A stretch of 29,136 nucleotides of DNA from Octopus sinensis (Eukaryota): NCBI RefSeq assembly GCF_006345805.1, contig NW_021834109.1, positions 1-29,136 of the forward strand, read 5' to 3'. Positions 19,761-29,136 of this stretch are shown piece by piece (the stretch's first letter is position 1; each line of letters opens with the position of its first letter). The notes beneath the pieces were generated by a model that saw only the letters and a program-made list of their open reading frames with translations, had not been told where the DNA came from and made no database searches. A program made the position numbers and the translations under genes.

Positions 19761-20306
19761 GTTACAGCGTATATTGTCATAAGATCGCTAAATGTTCAAT
19801 AAATTTTTTTAATTTTAATTATTTCATTATGTGACCAAAAACAGACAAAGTAGGTAACTAAAAAACAGTCGAGAGCCTAAAAGTCAGCTCAACAACGCTG
19901 CGCTGTGTATTTAGTGACAGTTTTCGCGAAGCGCAGCGACTGAAATTTGCTAAAAAAGCCAACTAGTCGCCTTCCGGTCATTAATTTTCTTTGAAACTTT
20001 CAACCAATGTTAGAAAGAAGTAGAGTCGCAGCATTGCCGACGATTCCAAAGGTTTCGAAGACTACGGGGACAATGTAAATTAAGTGTAATGCGGAATTCT
20101 AATGGCACTTGTTTGCACAACAAGACATGAAAGCCGTTTGACAAAACTGTAGACACGCACCGCCAAGGGTGGGGCTGGCAGGTATCCAAAGCCTAAGCTT
20201 TAATGGATACCAATCATTAAAGATTCATCTTCCAGGAGTAATCTGTCGTAGAGATTATTTATTTATTAAACACCAAGACCACAGTTAAGACCAAACTAAT
20301 TAGCGT

Positions 20307-20460
20307 GTGATCCCGACGCACTTCGACGGAGATCCTCCGGAAAGGTTCAATCCTATGCAAAGTGCATCGTCCTGCGACGACGATGTCCCAGGGGGTAGGA
20401 GAGCTATTGGTCCTTTTTCGGTGAGCATTAGGTGCCCCCTCGGCGTTTTCAAATCCAGTC
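20307..20460 (+). repeat. Dispersed repeat, copy of 435-554
   Basis: See 435-554; both copies also read GDPxERFxP and LRRRCPR. Confidence 0.7.
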
Positions 20461-21870
20461 GAAATCTCCAAGTGAATTTGGTGGACCACGTAACGCCTTT
20501 CTAAGGCCGGATAGGAAGTCTTTAGATAGAAAGTCTTTAGAGTCAATCTCCCGTATGCGTCTTACACGGGTAGTTTAGTGAAGCCAACTGACGCAGGTTC
20601 GACTTTGAGTTAAGTTTGTATAATGTATTTAGGCAGAAGAATGGTTTTAATTCATTAATCAAATTATTAAATTCTTCTTTACATTATTCTAGTTTTTTTT
20701 TATTTTAATGTTAATATAAGTGAAATTTAATAATAAGTTCTTTGACTTCCATGTTATAGATCAACATTATGTTTTTATTTTCATAAAAAAACACGTCTTG
20801 AACAATCCTATGTATTATAAATGGCACATACTACTTATAACTATGGATAGAGTTGTTTCAAAATGCTGTTAAAATTACATGGATAAAATAACCCTTGAAT
20901 AATCAACGAAAATTTATATCCAATCCGTTATACTGAAAAGGACGCTTGAAAGTATGTTGATTAAACATAAGTATGGGATGAAGGTATTTGGTGAAGAATA
21001 TACCTTCGCTACCGACCTACCCGTGGTACTGGCATTCTTGTGGGATACTTCAATTAAAGGTATGAGACACATAACTTTATCTATGGTAGAAAATTCTCCC
21101 CTTTAAAAAGGAAAGAGATTTCCAACAGTAAAAAGTCAAAATCTCAATTAAATAGTGTAACCTTGATTAAATTTTGTTTTGTTTTAATAAAATTTTCTTA
21201 TAACTAAATTAATTTTTACTCAGTCTTAAAACATAAATATTATTTCGCGAGGCTGGCCGGGTGTCTAGTGAGGCCTTTAATTTCTTTCTTGTTTCTAACT
21301 AAAAAAAATGAAGCATATTGTGACAAAATGAGACATTTAATGACTAATTATGATTAAATTAATCTATCCATCCCTTTTAACATACATAAATTGACGAGTC
21401 TATTTATTCCTCCACACAGAGATGTATATTACTTGATTGATTAATATTGTTTCTAGTAACTTTTAATTGCTCTTAGATTTTACTTCAATTTTTACGTTTA
21501 ATTTTCATATTTCCGTGCAAGTTTTAATATAAATGATTACATAACAACTTGTAATATACTTTATGGAGTCACTTGTCATGTTTTTAATTTCCTTTATATT
21601 TAATTCCAAATTTAGAAATTAAAAATCCTGCAATTCTTGATTTCTGTAATCTATTTGTATTACTCGCAGGATTTTCACTTCTCTAGGCAAAACCAGTTTT
21701 TGAGATTTCAAAAAATTGAAATTGTGTAAGCTTAATTTTGAAGACTGTTGACGTTAACTCTTTTTATAAAAATAGACATAAATAGCACACAAGGAAATAA
21801 ATTATAAATATGTATAATTCCGTAGATGACGACAAATGTTAGTTTATCTGCTCATATTTATTTATCCAAG

Positions 21871-23407
21871 TATATCCCTCCACTGCACTCCCCCGACAAT
21901 GGATATGTCACAAACTACATTTCTACTCACTTATTATAAGCGTAGTATTACATGTCCAATAGAGACAAATACAACTGAATACAAGTATATTTATATATAA
22001 AATATTCAGTTGGACTAAAGATGGGATTCCTATTGACTTTGAAACTAATTACTATTTTTATAAAAATGGCAATAAGCTCGCATTTAGCAAGGGGTTCCAA
22101 GGAAATGGAATATTTCAATGTTCTGTCGAAAACGAATGTGGTTACGAAATATCTCTCCCAATGAATGTAGAGAGTCCAATACTACATATCGGTATATAGA
22201 AATGTTATAATTATAGTATATAATACATATACACTTCCATTTGCCATTCTAAGTGGAAATGGAATCACTGGCCAATGCACCTGGCACAGATGGCCCCAAT
22301 ATGCAGAGGAAATGACCAAAATTATAGGGAAAGCAGATCATGACAGATTTTATGTGGTCGACAATGATTTATATATAAAATACTTAATTGCCGAAGACTC
22401 TACGTGCAAGTATATTTGTATTGGGAACAAAGAGTTAAAATCATATTTTTTTAATTTCACTATTCAGGGTTTATTTTGATAATAATCTAAATTTTTAAGA
22501 ATCCGATTTTGATCTAATTCACTTTTTTCCAAAAACGTCAAACGTCGCGTTAGAGTTTGGAAAAGTCCATAATATCGTCCCTTGTTTCTATTTTGGAAGG
22601 TTTTCCCACCAACATTGATTTTAGGGTTGGAAACCCTGGCCTTTATTATAAGAATAATGAACTTATCTCATCTCACGTTATGAAAATAGTTGCCACTGAA
22701 AAAAAAGAACCTGAAATTTTTGCTTGTAGGTCTGAACACAAACCTCCACGAAAGAAAACCGAATTTTTATGTTTGAACGAGACATATGTAGATACGAAAG
22801 AAACTGAAAAAACATTTACTGTATCTATTTACGGTTAAAATAGTTTTAAATATTAAAGAATTGCCTGCCATTTCTGACTCCCTTCGCTCACAAAACGTCA
22901 CGTCTGGTAATACGGCGAATTTTAAATGTATTCCTGAAAAAGGGTACCCCGAACCTAAAATAAAGTGGTATATAAATTTAGAGGAATATGGTAATCACAC
23001 TATTATTACATTTAGAGACTTATTCGGATAAATTGGTATCAACACTGTCACAAAATAATTCATTTTTGAGTATTTTGACAGAAAAGTCAATGAGTATTCG
23101 ATGTCTTGTCGAAAATGATTTCGGAAAAGCTGTAAAGACTGTTTATTTGGTGGTCTCAGAACCACTAAATTTATTTCCAGATAGCCGGCAAAAGAGACGT
23201 GTGGTGTCTGCCTGGATTATTTTTCTCATATTTTTAGTAATAAGTATCATATTCATTGGAGTCGTATTTTATCGTCAATCAAAATACTCAAATAAGACAC
23301 AGAGGGACCCAAAAATATTTTATTTGACGGATCCTGAATATATGACACATTATAAAACTACGCTTTCGAGTATGGGCATTGCACGTCACCTAGTTGATGA
23401 TTTATAA
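21871..23407 (+). CDS. Ig-superfamily single-pass membrane protein (~4 Ig domains, TM, short tail); 5' exons unresolved. Introns 21985-22009, 22192-22216, 22469-22499, 22600-22624, 22834-22858, 22991-23015
   Basis: Removing six 25-31-nt introns gives 459 open codons: SITCP..WTKDG..GIFQCSVENECG; DSTCKYIC; NVTSGNTANFKCIPEKGYPEPKIKWY..IRCLVENDFG; TM AWIIFLIFLVISIIFIGVVFY; tail YLTDPEYM..DDL*. Confidence 0.85.
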
Positions 23408-23884
23408 TTCTTTATTATTTTTTAAATATTTTCAACTTCATCGTTTTACGGAACTTTGAAAAAACGCTTTAAAACTATTATTTTACTTGCATAATTATAG
23501 CGTTTTCAGTCTTCAACGTCGAAAGCGTGAGCATTTGTATTGATGCCTCAAGCACTAATTTTGAAGCTCTAAACATCAGCGTTTAAACGGCATATATGCA
23601 GACAGTAACGTTTTTTGGGAAATTGTGTGGATGGACCAACGAAACATTAACAATAAATACGAGATTTTTTTAACAGAAAAAAAATAGATGCTTGAACATT
23701 TGATTAATAAAGTTTAGGAAAGAAATTAATGATTATCTAAATAAAAATCAATTCTCTATAATTCGGATGTTTTTTCAATGAAGAAAAATTGAGATATTGA
23801 GAGCAAACCTCGTTATGAAGATTATTCTTTCAAATTGAATCGTTTACACAAGCAATACATTTTCAGTTTTATAATTGACATTAT

Positions 23885-24165
23885 GATACTGCAAGGTATA
23901 TGATGGCCGGTATTTTTAATTTATTTTCGATTTACCCAGGAAAATTTTTATTTTTACAAATCTATATCCTAATATTTTCTAGGTCAATTGTGTTGCCCAT
24001 ATTTTACATAATTGTTCAATGGAGATCAGAAAATTTTATCCAGAAGTTGATGATGTGATATCGAGTGTACAAGCTGCAATTAGGAAAAATCAAAACCGAC
24101 AATTGTTGTTTTCAGAAATTAGAATTCCGCCGAAAGTAGTATTGACCAGATGGGATACTGGTTAA
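23885..24165 (+). mobile_element. hAT-superfamily transposase remnant
   Basis: DTARYMMAG..YPNIF*VNCVAHILHNCSMEIRKFYPEVDDVISSV..PPKVVLTRWDT, with the hAT CxAH and TRW motifs. Confidence 0.8.
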
Positions 24166-24414
24166 AAGTTCCATCTTATTATTCCAAAAAAATTTATATC
24201 AGGGATTAATATTTTTGAAATAAATGAGAACGAGGTAATTTTCTATCATATTCGACTCTTAGTGCAGTAGATTTTGGGTAAAATAAAACAGTGGCTAAAA
24301 ATATTTTCAGAAGAAAATTTTGGAAAGCGATCCAATTAAAATTATTAATTTAGAAGTTTAAGTAAAGAAAAAATAAAGTTAATTTTTAAGTTAAAAATTT
24401 TAGTTTATAGGTTA

Positions 24415-25078
24415 ATAAAGTTAACTTTTTAAGGTTAAATTTTGTTAATTTTTAAGGTTAAAAAATGTTTTCCTAATAATTAGTTTTGTGTTTGCCTTTT
24501 ATTTTGGGTTCAGGAGTAACTGAGAAGCCGAAACTAACTAACCCTCCACCACTCCTGTCCTCCTCTCTTTGACTTAACCTCCTTGTCCATACTTCTGTTT
24601 CTCCAATGCACTGCCCAAAAGGGAAAACGCATTTGCTTTCTTTCAGGCTGGAAAGATGGAATAAGTGGACTTTTTTTGACAATCCAAAACCTTTATCTTT
24701 CATGAGGTTCTTGTTTCTCGGAGTTCAAAGTTTGGTGGGTTCTCCGTCAACTTCTAAATAGAGCAATTTTAAATGTTAGAAATTAATATAAAATAAATAC
24801 TTTGCCCAAATCCAATTCGGATATAATAAAGTCGTCTATAAATAAATATTAACCAATAAAACCTTTAAATTCTTCATCGTTAGAGATTAAAAAAGGTAAA
24901 ATGAGAAAGACAAACATTTTTATTTAACTGTGCGAAATGGTCTATTTATACCATAAAGTTAATTTCTAAGTTGAAAATTTTTCTAAATAAAGTTAACTTT
25001 TTAAGGTTATTTTTTCAATTTTTAAGGTTCATAAATGTTCGCCCTAATCATTAGTCTTGTGTTTGCCTTTTATTTTGC
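24415..25078 (+). repeat. Direct repeat of ~90 bp (24415-24505 and 24989-25078)
   Basis: AAAGTTAACTTTTTAAGGTTA..AATTTTTAAGGTT..AAATGTT..CTAAT.ATTAGT.TTGTGTTTGCCTTTTATTTTG occurs twice. Confidence 0.75.
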
Positions 25079-25259
25079 TAATCCCTCTGTGGATGAGTTT
25101 TGTAAGCTCGAGAGTGGCAATCGGTTTTTGATTTTGTGTCATTGCTTTCTAAACTTGGAGTGGAGGACCACCAGACATTCTATGCCCACAAGAAGGACTT
25201 GGGAGTTGTCTTTAAGCATGGACACGAAAATGAGCTTCTAGATTCTATAGAGTTTTCGT

Positions 25260-26540
25260 TTCAAAAAGTGCCGGATTTTTAAATAATCTTCCATCAAAAC
25301 TACAACAATCAAAAAACTCAGACTAACCAATACTTATTTAAGCATGATAAATCGTGCCAGAATATCTCCAAATTGCCTCAGACGACTCTAATAATGTCTC
25401 CTGGTATTAAAATAATGAAATAACTTAAAATAAGCATCACCATTCTAGCATACGCGGAAAACGATAAAGGAATCACCCACGTACTCAAACATATGGCTAT
25501 TTGTGGCAGCAAAAAGCATCCAGTTAGATATCTTTTCTTTTAATGCTGAATACCTACATGAACGCATTCACGTTTTAATGATTTGATGACCAATTAATTT
25601 TCAACGCGGCCTACAAACCGTTTTTCACTCAAAACCACGTATATTTTAGAAATCTGTTAAATGTCTATTTCTTATGGGTGTTCAATCTACTATTAAAAGA
25701 ATCCAATTTCTGGTAAATTCAGTTTTTCAATTTCTCGAGGTAGAAGGGGCTTCGATATGAATTTACGGACACAAAATATATAAATTCCAAAATAATCGTC
25801 AAAAGAGGAGATTTGGTACACAGTACTCGACTATTCCTGGTCCTTCATCGGCAATGTGTATTTTTGCGAATTAGAGTTTGAATTGATGCCTACGAAAACA
25901 TATAAGTGGCATTAAGAAGAAATCCCCTTCTCAATAATGGACTTAAACCAATCTGATTTGCTCAAATTTCACCAGAGACATTACCACACTACAAATATAT
26001 TGTGCTCTCACTCGTTCCATCAGTTTAGGTTTGTAACACACAAAAACATCCTCCTTGAGATTAATACCAAAATGATTGACGACAAATTTAGGGTTTTTTC
26101 CAGGATGGATGTCTACGCCATGGATGACCCGCTTGAGAAGTGGGGAAAAGAAGTTGGAAGTCTGTTTTTTTGGGTAGAAAAATTACTTTTTCGTCTGCTG
26201 ACCTACTAGTTACTGTCGATTCAAATAATTCGACTACTTTTTTGCTTAAAAAGTTTTTTTTGATATTTTGCAGTAATTTTAATGTCTACACAAACTTTTA
26301 GTGTTCTTTTTTTGTGGGTGGCGATACCTATCCTTTTTACGAGGCTTTATCATCCCACAAATAGGAGCAGATTTCTCGTGGAGTACAGGGTTGGATCTGT
26401 TTTATTTATTGAAAGATACTCAAATAAAACGAAGGATTCATTTTTTTCAGTGGAGCTTCAGAAAATCGCGGAGAATGATGTCGACAAAGTTGTGAAAATA
26501 ATAGAAGAAATGCTCAAAACAGTGGCCAGGTCAGTGTAAT
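25260..26540 (+). pseudogene. PITRM1: Presequence protease (PreP, M16C) pseudogene, N-terminal part
   Basis: KHDKS..EYLQIASDDSNN; GITHVLKHMAICGSKKHPVR; TYMNAFT; FTQN..FRNLLNVY; DLLKFHQRHYH; PFYEAL..GADFS; FFSVELQKIAENDVDKV. Colinear with PITRM1, with stops, deletions and frameshifts. Confidence 0.85.
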
Positions 26541-26691
26541 GCACAAGCGCCAAGGTTTAAATTTTTTGATTTATCACTACTGAGTCAATGTTCACTATTT
26601 GTTGAGTAAGCAGCCAGAGGAAAATAGGCAGCGAGATTCCAAGATGTTAGCCACATGGAGGAGAAAGTCCTACCTCGCAAAAAAGTGGATT

Positions 26692-26790
26692 TGCAGTCCC
26701 CATGTCCAGACCGACTGGTTCGAGTATTATTTGGGAAAACGACAGAATTGAGTGCTCGCGAGATGATGTCGTTAAGTGCCTCATGGCAAG
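26692..26790 (-). mobile_element. RLE-type retrotransposon fragment
   Basis: HEALNDIISRALNSVVFP, then LEPVGLD after a frameshift; homologous to 15520-15610. Confidence 0.7.
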
Positions 26791-27181
26791 GCCATACCTC
26801 CACATCGACACCGATGAGGTTAATTATAATAAAATATTTGTTTTATTGCAGTTAATTTTATTTGGAAAACCTAATGTAGTTAGATAATCACGTTAAAACT
26901 CATTATTTATTTTGTTCTATGAAAATATTCTTCCATTATATTTATGGTTTATATTTTTGTTAAAATTGATTAAATTTAAAATATTCGATATTCTGTAATT
27001 GAATTGTTTTTATTTTAACAGTATTTTAATCTTTTATTTCATCTTAACTATTTAATCTATATTCTTTTTAATCATTTTTAGACCGTTTTTATTTTGAACT
27101 ATTAGATATCTCGCCAAATACATGGCGCTAGACACAGAATAATTTAATTTTTTTCAAGTCAGAACTTTTATTAAGTTAGTT

Positions 27182-27560
27182 TTAATCACAATTACCTATG
27201 ATCGAGAAAACAATACCCCTCAGAACCGCAATGGAGATTCTTTGGAACAGCCAATTCTTCTCCCGAGACTCTCTTCGTCTTCTGGAGATCAGTTGCCCGA
27301 TTCCCCCAACGAGCTCCAGATGATTAATTAGTCATGCTCCGATGTTTCTACGGAGATTGGGGAAAAGATCATGTTGTCTGTAAAATTAACGTATTTCGAG
27401 TTTTTAAGTTCTTCAGCCTTTTTAGCGGCAGACCCTGGAATGATTGTCGAGTCGACTATATTCGTCTTTGAAAAAGTGTTGACTGGCTCGGTACATCTGC
27501 TAAACAAGGTGAGAGGGTGGAACAGAAATGTACCAAGTTTTGGCTGGCTAGAAAAGTTAA
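27182..27560 (-). mobile_element. RLE-type (CRE-like) retrotransposon 3' fragment with internal deletions
   Basis: GSAAKKAEELKNSKYVNFTDNMIFSPISVET and ESREKNWLFQRISIAVLRG..GNCD*. Confidence 0.8.
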
Positions 27561-27719
27561 ATTTCAAAATGGCCTTAATTTAAACAAATTTTATGGAGAA
27601 AACTTTTGAGCTGAATTTCCCAATTTGAAATAAATCATATAATTAAAGATTGAAACATTGGGAAATTGTCAGCACAGTCTTAGATTCAAGGGGTACCTCC
27701 TCAAAAGGCACCTTGTTTT

Positions 27720-28250
27720 TGTATGCATTCTAAGGTCTGTGTCTGGATATATGCTTCGACTTGTCCTCCACTCCCAGCGCCTCCAGGTGGTTCTTGAAGA
27801 ATTTTGACACAATTCCGTACCAGGTCATAACGACAAGGACAATCTTTACTTTCGCCAGGTGGATCGCTTTCAGTTCATTTGCCAACAAGTCGTATTATGG
27901 AACTTTTTAACTTAGATCTACCTGAGACAATTTTGTAAAGTAATCCTCAGTTTGATAAATTTAATTCTGTTGCTGGATTTGTCGTGGAAAAATTTGATAT
28001 TCGGGATACTATTATAGTTGAAAGGTCTGTGTTAACTCGGATTTACACAAATTTGTTGGTAATAACAGAATGGACTAAATGAGTTTTTAATTTTTAGATT
28101 TTTTAATTCCGTATTTGTGATATAGATGCAGATTCGAGCATTCGCCCACATCAGGTGACAACGGTCTTTTTTGAATGAGTTGCAGTGGCTGCATTTATTC
28201 TCTCCGTTATTGAAAACAATTTTCGGTCTTGCAGAAGTCACAAGTTTGCT
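27720..28250 (-). mobile_element. R4/Dong-like RLE retrotransposon remnant (a different clade from the CRE-like pieces)
   Basis: QDRKLF..KCSHCNSFKKTV..CGRML (zinc knuckle) and YDLLANELKAIHLAKVKIVLVVMTWYGIVSKFFKNHLEALGV. Confidence 0.7.
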
Positions 28251-28536
28251 TCAGTCAGTGGAAATCTTCTAGTCATTTGTATATAAAAAGGAATATTTAA
28301 TATATTGTAAGTTCGTGTTTCAACAATAAAATATTGTCTAAATTGCATCTCGAATTCGTTTTACTGTATTAGTTTATGATTTTTAAAAACAAAAAGTTAA
28401 ATTCTTATGCAAAAAAATCTTAGATATTTTTATATAATCTTAATCTATTGACAAATGGTCAACAGTTTTAGAAATTATTTGATTAGCTATATCAGATTTA
28501 ACTTAAGAATTCATTTTCTAAATAGTAAGTTGTTAA

Positions 28537-29136
28537 TTATAGTATGTAACAAGTATTGTCCAATTCTTTCGTCGTGGTTAACAACATATCAATAGCTACT
28601 TGAAATACATTTCGAACATTATAAAAAGTCGTAGAAGAACATTCAATATATTTTGAAGCACCTGATAAATCAAAACTAAAATACCAAGTTTTTTAGATTC
28701 CTTTAATCCTTTTTGGTAAGAAATTAATTTCAATTCACGTCTATTTAAATCATCGATGACATCCTGACTTTCTCTAAGGTCAGTCTTGGTCCCTACAACA
28801 ATAAATGGGGTGGTCTTTGGAAGGTGACAAGTCCACTGAGGATCACATAACTCGATTACCTTAGAAGGCAGAACATTAAATGACTGAGGTTCCACAACTG
28901 AACAACATATAATAAATATATCCTTATGTCAATATATAAAAGCGAACTGTCTCAGGATATAACAGTGGCCATGCTTGGTCTGAACTTTCATGTTCTGAAG
29001 TATCAATTATTTCAAATTTGATGGGAGTAGGGCCAGACTTCCCCTGACACATCAGCTTAGTAAAAGAAGGTTTAAGAATCCGGGGGACTTTGCTGGTGGC
29101 TGGTCCGTCGCTTGTGTAACTAACAATCAAACTGGT
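28537..29136 (-). CDS. Atypical Rho-family small GTPase; N-terminus and P-loop lie outside the window. Introns 28923-28947, 28836-28859, 28662-28684
   Basis: Spliced: TSLIVSYTSD..VPRILKPS..IIDTSEHESSDQAWPLLYPETDIFIICCSVVEPQSF..SKW..PFIVVGTKTDLR..KYIECSS..NVRNVFQVAI..TCYIL*, ending in a CAAX box. Confidence 0.88.

Noticed and set aside
19870-20200. Possible Tc1 remnant (AQRLKFAKK)
   Set aside because: One short motif; no recognisable DDE motifs.
20895-21110. ~70-codon open frame (KHKYGMKVFGEEY..) as a 5' exon of the Ig gene
   Set aside because: No signal peptide, and no consistent splice path to 21871 could be found.
24340-24470. TTTTAAGGTTA-type repeats as telomeric sequence
   Set aside because: Irregular and interspersed, not a tandem telomeric array.
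26702-26887. ENDRIE as a continuation of PITRM1
   Set aside because: Antisense to an RLE fragment (HEALNDIISRAL); coincidental.

Overview
AT-rich eukaryotic (animal) genomic DNA in the standard code, with no sign of prokaryotic organisation. Every host gene I could reconstruct is split by ultra-short GT-AG introns (19 modelled, 21-31 nt, mostly 25 nt). A motile-cilium gene is present, so a dicyemid mesozoan is the best fit; this is an inference. Host genes: DNAAF4/DYX1C1 (16120-17346, 8 introns, in a GC-rich island), a kinase-less Ig-superfamily receptor (21871-23407), an atypical Rho GTPase (28537-end, minus strand), a decayed PITRM1/PreP, and a very short (~180 nt) SRP RNA (19577-19760). 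A ~2.97-kb unit is repeated 2 full times plus a stub (2964-9175). Each full unit carries a 55-aa secreted precursor ending RK-PFRY-G-stop (candidate amidated neuropeptide, missed by the ORF track because of a 28/29-nt intron), a degenerate cathepsin L-like gene and exons of an unknown minus-strand gene. The array ends in a 2.9-kb APE-RT LINE. The rest is transposon debris: Tc1, pogo, hAT, a MITE, and many 3' fragments of restriction-like-endonuclease retrotransposons. All translations and alignments were done by eye against remembered family consensus; no database search was run.
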